DNA of 62,646 bases, filler included, from Choristocarpus tenellus KU-1152 (lineage: Eukaryota; Protista; Phaeophyceae), in assembly GCA_964200185.2 (NCBI GenBank). It is 14 parts of 14 records of this genome, joined end to end, with 100 filler letters (N's around TTAATTAATTAA, not from the genome) between each part and the next. Parts side by side here need not be neighbours in the genome. Positions count along the whole stretch, not along the records: positions 50,509 to 53,367 come from CAXNAD020024149.1; positions 53,468 to 58,284 come from CAXNAD020012951.1; positions 58,385 to 62,646 come from CAXNAD020015422.1; 11 more parts are not named here. One strand, given 5' to 3'. Shown here one piece after another: positions 51,770-62,646 of this stretch. The notes beneath the pieces were generated by a model, which saw nothing but the letters and a program-made list of their open reading frames with translations, was not told where the DNA came from and did no database searches. The stretch's first letter is position 1. Each line of letters starts with the position of its first letter. The translations under genes and the position numbers were made by a program.

Positions 51770-52935
51770 CAGTCTGGTGGCACAACGCCTGGAGGCGAGA
51801 TAGCACAAGACTCAAATGCCTCGGGGGACCACGGTGGCCATCACAGAGGAATTCAGAATTTCCTGAATCACCCTGTTCTGTCATCGGAAGGAGTATCACA
51901 GCCAGGTCACACAGGGTGAACGTATGGACCTTGTACGATATCATAAAGGGCAATGTGACTGCCGTACAGATATCCTTGATGTGTGGGATACGTCCCATCC
52001 GTACACTGCACATCCTTCCGCAAATGGGTGGGCAAAGCTAGGATCTCTCTTGCCTCGTTGTGGGATCTGTGCAAGCGCGAGAAGGTGAAGAAGGTCAACT
52101 GGTGGACTAAGCCAGTCCTCTCAGACCAGCAGGAAGTCGACAGGATAGATTTCGTCATCAGCCACATGCACAGCAGAGGAGGAATTGGGGTAGTAGTAGA
52201 CGATCTAAATGACTGGGTGGTAAGCATGAGAAGTGGTTTTACATCCTCAAATAAGGGCAATGTGTGTGCCTGCACCCCACAGCGCCCCACCAAGCCTCCA
52301 TGGGCACAAAGAAACGTTTACATTACGAAGGTGATGTTCCTTGCAGCTGTGGCCTGTCCTAGGAAGCTCTCCAACGGGGTGTGGTTCGATGGGGAAATCA
52401 GGATCTGGTCAATCATGGACACTAAGGTCGCTCAGCGCTCCACCAAACGCTGACCCAAGGGCACCAAGGTGATTTTGCCAGCCATGGTGGACGGGGAGAG
52501 GTATAACAAGCTCATGATCGGGGATGCTGTTTCGGCAATCAAGGCCCTCATCCCTCTAGGGCAGAAGGACACACCATCTTTGTGCAGCAAGACGGGGCAT
52601 GGCAACACGCCAATGGGGGGAACATGAAGGAAATGGAGGAGGCGGTGGGGGACAGCACTGTCACAGGGACCCAGTCAGCCAACTCACCCGACCTCAACAT
52701 CAACGACATGATATTCTTTCATTCCACCCAGCAACTGAAGAAGGCGTGGGGGAGACCAATATGGAGGAGCTGGTGGAGCCCACAATGGAGGAGTTTGATG
52801 TGTACCCATGGGAGACAGTAAAGCACGTCTGGCAGAGCCTCTTCCCAGTCTACAGTGAAGTGCTGGGGCGCACAAGTGACACCGTCTTTCAAAATTCCCC
52901 ATCTTAGCAAGGAAAAGGCTGAGAAGACGGGCAAG
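51770..52935 (+). mobile_element. Second mariner-like transposase pseudogene
   Basis: KPVLSDQQEVDRIDFV...YITKVMFLAAVACPR...WFDGEIRIW...QQDGAWQH...TQSANSPDLNINDMIFFHS; contains frameshifts. Confidence 0.9.
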
Positions 52936-53198
52936 ATCTCCCCCAAATGCCCTGATGGATGCGATGAAATACCGTGCTGTAATGGAGTTCTGGAGGGCAT
53001 TGGGGGTGGAATCATAGATAGGTGTCGACTGCCCCATTTTGCTTGAGATTTGGTGGGCAGCCTTTCAGTGTCTGCACAAGACACCCACAAATTATGCATA
53101 TATGTGAAGAAATCTTGCTCCTTCATCCAAGGTGCAAAATTTATGTTAGATTGAATTCTGAGTGCAGGAATTACAAATTGTAAAAATGTGAGAGACAT

Positions 53199-53339
53199 CT
53201 TCCACAGAAGGTATACCCTGAAGGTAAACCTATCTTGAAGATTCTGATATATTCATATGACATTTGTTCTTGCATGTTGAAGGTAACATCTGCTTGAAGT
53301 AAGATCGGGAGGTTTAAAGGGACCTTGCCAAACCCCCCT
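53199..53339 (+). repeat. ~140-bp repeat, inverted partner of 55222-55357 (candidate DIRS ITR)
   Basis: ttccacagaaggtataccctgaagg...tgcatgttgaaggtaacatctgcttgaagtaagat; the reverse complement is at 55222-55357. Confidence 0.85.
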
Positions 53340-53467
53340 CATGGGTCAAAGTATCTTGGGGGGGGGGNNNNNNNNNNNNNNNNNNNNNNNNNNNNNNNNN
53401 NNNNNNNNNNNTTAATTAATTAANNNNNNNNNNNNNNNNNNNNNNNNNNNNNNNNNNNNNNNNNNNN

Positions 53468-54872
53468 GTTCACACTCGATCCCCAACTCCCTTGCTGGTA
53501 CGATAGATCGTGAATAATCCTTACCTTGGTGGGTTCTTGAATTACACCAACTGGGGACACCTGCAATCCTGGGATCTTCCCCCAACTCCTTTTTGGGAAC
53601 ACCAAAGCTCTACCCTGGGTCACATCACTCACTACCTTTTCTAGTAGGGCCTTCTTCCTACTTCTTGCACTCGTGTGGTTTCCATACTCTAGTCTCTCCT
53701 CGACACTGCCTATTCCCCTTACGTGCACTGATACTCCCTTGTTCACTACCTGTTGGAGTTGCTCTATCTGTGGGAACCCAATCTTTTTCCCAAAATGGTC
53801 ATCAATCGTCTCCCAATTCAATCGTTTGGGACTCCATCTTTCCCCTAACCTATCCACTAGAGTCCCCAAGTCCCCTCCACACTCTCCTATTAATACTTCC
53901 CCTTTTCTTGCCAACTCCTCCCGTCCCTCCCCTAACATTGCCCCTTCCTTTTTTCTCTTCCAATCTTGCCATACTCTCAAACAATCTTCAAAGTCATCCG
54001 TCATTCCCCTTTCCCCCCCCCCCTCTATCTTTGAGTGTCCGGCGTATTGATCCTGGTGTTGGAATCCCCGACGTCTCTTGTCTATGTTGTGGTAGTCTTG
54101 ACGTCCATTGATCTCCTCCTGCCGGCCCCCCCTGGGTAGGGGTGGGCCCGCGTCTTCATGGTTCTTTCTTTTTAGCCTTGTCCTCGGTCTGGGCTTCCTT
54201 CTCTTTCTCTTCTCCCCCTTCTTCAAAATGGTCATATTTGCAGAAACCATTTCTTTTCAGGAAATCACACTTCTTTCCCGACTTCCATGCATAACACGGG
54301 TTGTAGGTCCTTCCCCCCCTCTCTAGGTACTCCTGCTCTATTTCGGTCTTCAGCCCTGGGAGATTTTGAAGCCCTTGTCTCCCCCCATGTCCCCGCCCTC
54401 TTCATGGATCGGGAGCGGGACTCAGTGCTATACAGGGCGGGTAGCATGTTCTTTGCTTGGCCAATGTCACTTCTACACATGTAAAATGCGGGCTCGGCGG
54501 GAGTGGTATCAGCGTGTCGTGGGGAGGTGGTGTGTTAAATTTATTCCCTATAATATCAGCCGCTGCCGCCAACTGCTTTTCCCAACACATGAGATCCTCC
54601 TCTACAGCTCTGAATATTAGCTCCACGATCTGTGGACTCTGTAATAGGGTTGGTTTATTGGCCCCGTAAAACATGCGAACTTTACGTTGAGCCTCTTCCA
54701 AATCATCGATTACCCGTTTTGTCTGTCTCTTCCCCCTATTCCACTTATCCCCATATTTACAATTGCTCCGAGGTTGCCTTGGTCTCCCCTCCTCGTCTTG
54801 TACCCATGGTTTTGTATCCCTTTTTTTTACTGAGTGGCTGTTGTCCCTTCTTTTATCTCCATTCATTTCCAT
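53468..54872 (-). mobile_element. DIRS/Ngaro (tyrosine-recombinase retrotransposon) 5' portion: gag-like region and RT N-terminus
   Basis: YGNHTSA...VVSDVTQGRALVF...LQVSPVGVIQEPTKVRIIHDLS...SSVN is typical of stramenopile DIRS/Ngaro RT; truncated by the gap. Confidence 0.8.
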
Positions 54873-55469
54873 TAACTATCTCGTCCCTTCCTTAACTATT
54901 CCTTCTCTTCCTACTTCTTTCTTATTCTTTTCCCCCACATTCTTGTCCTGTGCCCCCAACCAACCAGAATTCTTCCGCTCACAAAACTCAGATTACTTCA
55001 TGAACTTTCACTTCTGATTTTGTTTCCTATTATTTTCGCAGAACCCAATAGTATTGAACTACTGTGAAACAGGTGGAAACAAGCCTACAGGTTCTTCGAA
55101 ATGAAGGGGAGCGAGAAGACCCACAGACAGGAGGACAGATCAAAGAGAGACAAAGTCAAAGAGGGGGAGCAATACCTCAGAAGATCACTCAGGCAAGAGT
55201 GAACAAGTGGAAAAGTGAAGGAGGGGGGATTTGGAAGGGCACTCCAAACCACCCAATCTTACTTCAAGCAGATGTTACCTTCAACATGCAAAAACAATTG
55301 TCACATGAATATCATGATGTTCAAGATAGGTCACCTTCAGGGTATACCTTCTGTGGAATATGGATCTCACACTACAGTACTACTATGAAATACATTTAAT
55401 CTGTAAAATTGTTGTAGTTTGCTTGTCGAAGCTAGATAATCCCCAACCAGGTTTTCTTGAAAAGAAATC

Positions 55470-55545
55470 GGGTGTAGGAGGGGTTCGAACTTCGGAACCT
55501 CTAGATGGGAGGAACTAGCGTGAACGGACCATCACATCCTACTTC
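55470..55545 (-). mobile_element. Possible tRNA-derived SINE head or tRNA pseudogene
   Basis: Minus strand ggatgtgatggtccg...aggttccgaagttcgaacccctcctacacc carries a B-box-like GTTCGAACCC; the cloverleaf is not convincing. Confidence 0.25.
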
Positions 55546-55739
55546 ACCCCTCTTAGGGCAACAAGAAATTAATACATGGTCTTGGTTATCGATCTGTTTA
55601 CATCCCCAACAAGTCTAAGCTGTTGTGATGTGTGTTTATATTTTCCTGTGAGGGTAGGCTCCCTTATAGAATGAAGGAGGGGGGAAGCGAGGGGAGCTTG
55701 ATGCTGGAAGGGTTGGATAAAGCGTGAGTACGAGGTGTA

Positions 55740-56586
55740 ATGCGGCGAAATCTGCATCGTTCTTCTTCTCTAGGAAAAATCGAGGGAGCTGGAATGGTTG
55801 GAGAGAAAACAGGCCGTGGCCACAAGGTCCGGCTGGCGTATCTATCACCCGCCGTGAGTCTATTTGTTGCCGTGGAATTCTCTTGGGTATTCGAACTTAT
55901 TGGGGCAACTGAAACTAAGGTGGAACTAAGACCTGACTCAACCTAGAAACGTAGAGATGTTCTTCTCCTCCTTCAACATGCTTGTAGTTGACAAGAAACA
56001 CTGAATACACCTCCTCACGCCTCTCTGTAGATCACGATAGTTATGATGGTAATCATCATCCTCAACGTCTATCAAGGGCGGTTCGGCAGAGAGGATAAGG
56101 CGCTATTTGAAAATGTGGATGAACGATCCTACAGCCTCGTCAACGAACGAGGTGGTGAAGATGCCAAGGAGAATAGTGGAATAACACAGCTTGGAAAAGA
56201 ACGCAATGTTTCCAATGTACCAGGGTGCAATTACGTGGTCGAGGGGCTTCCGATGGTTCCCCCGTACCACCAGGTGTGCTGTACGGTGCCGACAACAAGG
56301 AGAACGAATTTGCACCTAGGACCTGGTAATGGGGCAGGCAAGGGCGGAAGAAGGCAAAAGATTGGGCAAGGAGAGGATAATGGTGAGGCTGCCATTGCGA
56401 GGGGTATGCTGGGTGAAAATGAAGACGGTCTAAACATTCCAGATGTTGCAGCGGCAGAGGGTAGTGGGGAGTCTCGGATGGTGAGGACCGTTCAGGGACA
56501 GGAAGGTGGAGGAGACGAGGCTGTGTCTTGTCTGCCCAGCTTCATCATTGCCGGGACGCAGAAGAGCGGCACAACTGCATTGACTG
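55740..56586 (+). CDS. Type II membrane sulfotransferase (heparan-sulfate N/3-O-sulfotransferase-like), 5' two exons
   Basis: join(55740..55853,56031..56586), GT-AG. It encodes a TM segment LAYLSPAITIVMMVIIILNVY, a stem region, then the 5'-PSB motif CLPSFIIAGTQKSGTTAL, followed by a gtgagc donor. Confidence 0.8.
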
Positions 56587-57742
56587 GTGAGCCGATATTG
56601 TGGCTAGGATTAGGGCTAGAGTCTGAGATTTGGAGTACCTACTCGTGGTGAGCACCTCCTCGCTCAGTGCTGTAAATCCTCTGGTTACTGTTTTCACTTT
56701 TTTTTTTATCGAGTAGTCTGTCGGGTAATATATCTAGACTTTTCTGCAGGTACTCTGGTGCACGATTGTGCTGTACCTTAATATAATGTACTTAGTATTT
56801 GTCGTACACGTGATTAAAATATTAATGTGTGTTATTTGGTGTGGTAGGTAACATGTCTAATACCTACCTACGTATGTAAGGCAAAGGAAAGCTCTTGTAG
56901 GTAAGACAAGGCAAAGTCTGACTTACAACACATTTAAACCCCTCCCAAGGTGTGGAAACCCAATTTTTTCTTCTTTTTTACATCCAATATGTTTTTTTGT
57001 TGCGGACGATTTAGAATCAGCTGATGATGCAAACAACTTCTCCTTGCACGTCTGGGTATATTTAAACTTCATTAAGAGCGGATCCCATTATGCTGTAAAT
57101 ATGTGAAATCCAATACACTGTAAATAGTTGTATGTAAGAAGGGTGACGTCACCAAATTCACATCTAAGTGCTGTAGGTATGTTGAAGGAGAGGGAGGGAC
57201 TTTGGCTGCAAGGGTTCAAATGTCAGGAGACAAGAAGATTACGTATGTGATGCTCTGTTGTACATGGAGGTTTGCACCTCTCTCCCACTGTGTATTTTAT
57301 GAACATTACAACAGTGTTGGTAGTATATTAAATGTGGCTTATATTATGGTAATATTTCATAGTTGCGGTAGGGTTAGGGTTGGTTTCAACTGAGAAAGGT
57401 CGATTGCATGAGAATGGTCCTCCATGAATTTGACGTGAAAAGGGCCTTCATGGTGTGTTGACTGGTGATTCAAAATGGAAGTGCCAAGTGTTCTTGGACA
57501 TAGATTTGTTGGTTATCTATTGTAGCGTACACACAATAAATGTTTTGCATTTAGGCACTACAGCGTATTCAGGCATCTAGATGACAATAGATGGCAAGCA
57601 CAGCAAGCAATATTGTGTGTGTGTCAATGCCGGATTGTTGTTTTGAATTTGAAATGCACACCTTTTTTGAAGAGGTAGTTGCTAAACTATCCCCAAAATC
57701 ATCAAAGAGGATAAAGGTGATAAACCCAGTGAGATTGCTTGG

Positions 57743-58283
57743 CGTCTGTAGAGTGGTTGATTAAAGTTGATGGGGTATGCAATACCCCATAAAATCGGAA
57801 ATATTTCCATTTATATGAGAAAAATTTACATTCAACTAATCACTAGTAGAAGGTTCTGATAACTCAACCACTAATTGATTGTTACGTTACTCCGTACATA
57901 TTTCATCGTGACTGTCCGATAGAGTTGGAAGAGTCTAATCGAACACCCTCCCTAGCTTGAACAACTCTTGAGAACTTGCAAGAAAACAATTATGGATCCA
58001 AGGAGACTCCTCAGGTCAATCCTCTATGACAAGAAAACTAGCTATTGAATTCACTGAAAATAAATAAATCCAAACAAACTCAAATTCAGCAACAAACAAA
58101 CCACTAAACATAGTCTAAATTTAGCAAAGCCCCCACATGCCTCCAAAAAGGCATTTCTGCTAAAGGCTTGGTCAAGATATCTGCATGTTGTTCATCTAAA
58201 GTAACATGGACCATCCTTATTTGTCCATTTGTTACCAAGTCCCTTAGGAAATGATGCTGTACATCAATGTGCTTTGTCCTACC
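57743..58283 (-). mobile_element. Ty1/copia 3' end: RNase H C-terminus (58104-58283), PPT and 3' LTR (about 57743-57945)
   Basis: GRTKHIDVQHHFLRDLVTNGQIRMVHVTLDEQHADILTKPL; agggaggg PPT followed by TGttcgattagactc. Confidence 0.92.
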
Positions 58284-58384
58284 ANNNNNNNNNNNNNNNN
58301 NNNNNNNNNNNNNNNNNNNNNNNNNNNNTTAATTAATTAANNNNNNNNNNNNNNNNNNNNNNNNNNNNNNNNNNNNNNNNNNNN

Positions 58385-60084
58385 GTTAGAGGGTCTGATA
58401 ATACCACGTTCCTGTAACTGCTTAACCTCGGCTTGAATCATCTGCGTTTCTTCAGGGGAAAAGCGCCTTTGTTTCGCTGCATAGGGTGTGCGGTTCTCGT
58501 CTAATAGTGGTATATGTAATACTCCTCTAGAGCATGGAGGAACTCGTTTGGGGTCTTCAGGGAATACCCCTAAATTTCTAAATTCTTCCAACAATTCCAC
58601 CAACTGTTTTTTCTGCCTTGGTGTCAGCAGTCCCATATTGGCATCGCTGAGGCTCACCGAGTTTTGTCGGACTCCCTTGGCTTCACCAGAAGGGGTGTCT
58701 TCTTCTTCTGCTACCGGGCAGTCACCAGTCTCGTCTGCTTCTGGGGAATGCCCCGTCTAATAACTAGTCTTAGCAAGCAGAACCTGTGCTTTTTGAGGGT
58801 CTTTGGGGAAATGGGCTAGTGACTGAAAGAGTGCAACCACCCTCTCTGTGTCCTTAGTATTCAGAGCAATCGCCTTTGCAACAGGCAGACCTGCCTGGGC
58901 ACTACTGGGCTTGCTGTACGTATTTACCAGCTTGCAATAAATAGGGGTTCCTGGGTTCCACCATTATACACCTCTGGCAACTCCGACGGCATTTCCTAAT
59001 TCCAGGTTATACTCTGCTAAGGGCTCAATCATCACCAACTGTCTGGACTGTGGTTGTGCCCCCTTGACAAATCCTTTGCAGACTTTGCTGATAAACCCTT
59101 CTACATGTTCGTCTTCTGACAGACGCAATTCCCATTGCAGAGTCCCATCATCTTCCCACGCTACCTCTCTACCGAAAGGGGTGCTACACCTGGATTCTCC
59201 AATGGTTGGGTCCGGGGACCCTTGTCTTGGGTAAGATCTATCATGGCAATACCTGCCTCTGGATCCATATCTTGAGTACCTGCTTCTGGGCCTATATCAA
59301 AAAACGTTGCATGTTCCTTTTCTGGTGGTGTATGCTCACCAGTTAGAGTACTAGTGCATCTTGGGAGTCTAGGGACTGTGTTAGGGGGGGGGTTCTCTAC
59401 ATTCAGCTGATCTGGGCTTATTGGGAGACAGTCTGTGGTACTTGGATGGTCGGGTTGTGGGGGTCATTGATGCTTGCCATTCTCCTAGGGCTGACAGGGG
59501 TGCATTGTTATCATGAGGTCGGGGTGTCACAGCTCGAACAAAAGGTATCCATGGTGAATTTGGAGCTGGTCGAAAGCCTTCCCCCTCTCGAAATGACAGT
59601 ACGCTCTTGTTCTGCCTACAGAATGCGGCTCCCAGAACCATCCCGTAAGGTAAGCCTTCCACTACTCTAAATGTCACATTGTGGACTCTATCCTCTGGGG
59701 GAAACAATATTGGCAGTATGCAGGATCCTAGTACCTGCATAGGTGGAATACTGCATCCTTTCGGGTTTGCCGCATGTAACGTTCCTTTACCAGTTTGGTT
59801 AAGGTGTGTGGTAAGCTGGTGGTACCTCCCCAAAGAGTAGTACTGCGCCAGAAAGCAGACGAGATGTAGTTCCCACCTCCTGCACCTGTGTCAAGGAGTA
59901 TCTGTACAGGCATTCTCGAGCGGACTTTGCGAGGGTGCCACAGCAGTGCAGATAGCCATACTTGACTAGTTCGTTGGGCAGTTGACATAGGGGATATGTT
60001 CGAGGCAAGTGTGGGGGTCATGCTTCCTATGGCTACAGTGACTAAGTTTAAGTTCCCTGGAGCTGAAGACTCCAGGGCACACCT
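58385..60084 (-). mobile_element. Ty3/gypsy pol: aspartic protease, spacer, RT N-terminus (frameshifts and stops)
   Basis: VQILLDTGAGGGNYIS...FRVVEGLPYGMVLGAAF; PYAAKQRRFSPEETQMIQAEVKQLQERGIIRPSN. Confidence 0.9.
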
Positions 60085-62190
60085 TCAGGGCAACTCGGGA
60101 ACTTCAGAATCGGTCGAGCTGCTTGTAAATGGTGGCGGAAACTCAAAGTCTTGCATCGCGCCGAGGTAGTGCAAAAGGGCATCTGTCAAGGCTACCATCG
60201 TATGTGACTCTTTCGCTGGGGTGGTACTTGGCTTATCTTGGGACAGATATGCAAAGTAACCCTTAGGTACTACGGAGTCGTCGTGAGTATACCTGCACCT
60301 GCGACCGATAGACTTGAAGCATTCGCGACCAAAGGCATGATGGAAACATACTCGATGTGCTTTGAGCCACTCGACCACCTCATCTTGGGAAGCAGATGGT
60401 GAAGGTAAATCCTTACCCGAATGGTGGCGACCTGCATCGCTCGCTCTGTCTGTGGTTATAGAGGACGTGGATCGGGGCACAGACTGGGTGGCGGGTGTTG
60501 CTGGGCGAACGGGCGTGGGCGCATTGCTCTTCGAAACGAACGTTGTACCATGTTTCCCAGGAGCAGAAGCAGGTTGGTTTGTCAACGCAGCACAGCCAAT
60601 GGGCGGAGGGTTTTGGGACAAAACAGGTTGGAGCATCGGTACGAGGGCTTCCAGCATACTGTAGACAACTTCTTGATGCGGTGATGGAGTCTGGCTTGGC
60701 ACCTCCTGTGGCAAGGATGTCCTGCTATGTTGAGGTAAATCCAGTTCCTGTCTGCCTACCGGGGTGTCAACTGGGGCAGACAAAGGGTCGGACATGCTTG
60801 CAAACATAGCACGAGCGTTAGCCATGCTACCTAATGTAGTGGGTGTCCTATCCTTAGACGACACAGGTTTTGGAGCATTTTGATTGGTTGGGAAAAATGC
60901 GTACTGGTCGCTACGATTGGACAATTCTTCGATAAGATCGTCAAAGATCCGCTCTGCTTTAATTCCCCGCTGTACCATTTCATCTCCTAAAGGATTATTC
61001 TGGGAAATTGCCAGTGGGCGAATTTGGTTCCGAATCTCCTTTCGAAATGAAAATGCCATTGACTGTACTCCAATCTGATCTAGAACATTGGGGAGAAGGA
61101 TAGGAAGAGCTCGTTCGCAAAGATCAATGAGTTGATCTTCAGCTATATACCTCCAAAAGAAAGTTGTCTCGCAAACATGAGGCATCCGCGAATCTACGGT
61201 GTATGCTCGATAATGTAAGACAAGCCTGTTGGCTGCAGCTTTCCACGATTCCCCTCTCTCGGTCCTTAAAGAACTCATTGCGTTCTTTACAGCATTCTTT
61301 GACTGAGTATACGAAAGGGTGCATTCTCTCACCAGGATACGGACCCACTCTGTCGCTGTCATGTCTTCCCGAGAAACCTGGAGGAGGTGTCCGGTGACGC
61401 TCGGGACTTCCACTGTAGATGAGTCACTTAGGAGATCACTGTGGGTCCTAAGAGAGTCAGACAGTAGTTGCTCAAGAAGCTCTATGCGGAAAGGGGTAAG
61501 GGCATCACTACGTGGACGTGATGTATCACGATGGTGGGTACGATCCTTGGGTAAGGCCCACGATCCTCCTTGAACCCTCCCTAAAGCCTTGGTAAGAGCG
61601 TCAGCGAAGAAAACGGGGTTGTTTGACATGGTTGGGGCGGAGTTATCTGCAGGTACTCCAAGAAAAACGGGGCCGTGAGCAGGGTCTCCGAGTTCCTATG
61701 AATGCGTTCCATGGTTTTAACACAGTCTTGGTGATAACGCATATCGAGGTTGCGCTCTTGCCTATCGGGTCGTGACTCACGTGACTCAGCTCGAATACGT
61801 AACTCACGATTCTCTCTTCGCAACTCTGCCTCAACCTCTCTGGACCGACGTACCGTACTCAGGCTATTCCTTCGAGATTGTCTGGGTGATACAGACCTGT
61901 GTGGAGAAGAATAATCACTGGTCTGACGGTGACGACGCGGTGAACGGGTACGACCTCTGCGTTCTTCTCTGGTCCGCCTTCCGTGTCGATGAGAGTATCT
62001 GTCCCGGGATCGTGACCTGGAACGGGATCTGCCATATCTCGACCTGGAGCCGGATCTGTGACGCGTGGAAGACCGGAAACGAACGCGCTCTCTGCGCCTG
62101 TCTCGACGTTCTGTAGCGTGAACACGACTGCGACCAGAACTGCCTTGAGTTACGGTACTGGACTTGAATCTCTCGGAATCATCAATTCTT
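60085..62190 (-). mobile_element. Ty3/gypsy gag-like ORF (RS-rich N-terminus, capsid-like core, C-terminal CCCH finger); one frameshift near 61665
   Basis: ORF 62190-61581 joins the 514-aa ORF 61629-60085 through a T-run. Motifs LRTERGESWKAAANRL (MHR-like) and CFHHAFGRECFKSIGRRCRYTH. It lies between the PBS and the protease. Confidence 0.75.
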
Positions 62191-62340
62191 TGGAGAGTCT
62201 GTGGGTCGGAGGCGACCTCAGCTTCTCGTGAATGCTGGGAGCTAGACATGTTTGTAAACCTGGGGGGTACGAGGGTAAGATTGCAACCAAAAGCGAACAA
62301 AAATGTATGAGTAAAGGAACACAGAACAATTGACTACCTA

Positions 62341-62639
62341 GGCGACATCTCGACCATGGTAGTTAAAGACTACGCATTTAATTACTATAGGCGATTGGTG
62401 TGGCTATCAGAGGCCACTCGTTCTATGGTTAGAGAAGGGCGACTCCCTCAGAGCCATCCCAGCTCTCAGATCAATTAGATGACCAGTCCAGGGAGGCCTG
62501 TAGACGACGAATGAAGACCTCAAACCCAGGTAGGACCAGAAACCAACCCAGGTGGAACTAGAAAACAATCCTATGTGTTAGGGTGAACAGGGAGTAATCT
62601 CTCCAGTTTGAAGAGAGGCGGTAGGACCTCCATGTTACA
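62341..62639 (-). mobile_element. 5' LTR (62357-62639, TG...CA) and putative PBS (tggtcgagatgtcgcc)
   Basis: Minus strand TGTAACATGGAGG...aactacCA immediately followed by TGG. A related LTR start occurs at about 43745-43764. Confidence 0.7.
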
Positions 62640-62646
62640 GGCGCCC

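Noticed and set aside
5657-58384. Recurring TTAATTAATTAA within N runs as a biological motif (e.g. piggyBac TTAA sites), and gene neighbourhoods across it
   Set aside because: It is an identical 100-nt artificial linker with six-frame stops. Adjacency across linkers cannot be trusted, and ORFs running into X are artefacts.
60362-62125. Many plus-strand and alternative-frame ORFs over the gag region; similar ones over YAE1, GMC and DIRS
   Set aside because: They are antisense or shifted-frame shadows of real coding sequence, with no motifs.
1-62646. rRNA or intact tRNA genes
   Set aside because: None recognised; only a weak B-box-like segment at about 55470-55545.

Overview
Eukaryotic, intron-containing, repeat-rich nuclear DNA. 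It is inferred to be a brown alga or related stramenopile from the TTAGGG repeats, the TE repertoire and GT-AG introns. The window is not contiguous: 14 contigs of about 2.6-6.2 kb are joined by 13 artificial 100-nt linkers (N44-TTAATTAATTAA-N44). Recognisable host genes: YAE1 (+, 2 exons) head-to-head with a small 2-exon ASDURF-like beta-prefoldin (-), two DUS3 exons (-), a 4-exon GMC oxidoreductase with a frameshift (+), and the 5' part of a type II membrane sulfotransferase (+). The rest is mostly TE debris: Ty3/gypsy (LTR-PBS-gag-pro-RT), Ty1/copia, DIRS/Ngaro, RTE-like and RLE-type LINEs, Tc1/mariner, and a very abundant modular MITE family. The most notable observations are (1) a patch of decayed Rickettsiales-like bacterial gene fragments (lpxK, GST, possibly folB) interleaved with, and split by, host retroelement 3' ends, (2) a gypsy gag-pol junction with an in-frame TGA followed by a hairpin (candidate readthrough), and (3) a stand-alone ASDURF-like gene. 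All homology calls come from motif recognition by eye; no database searches were run.
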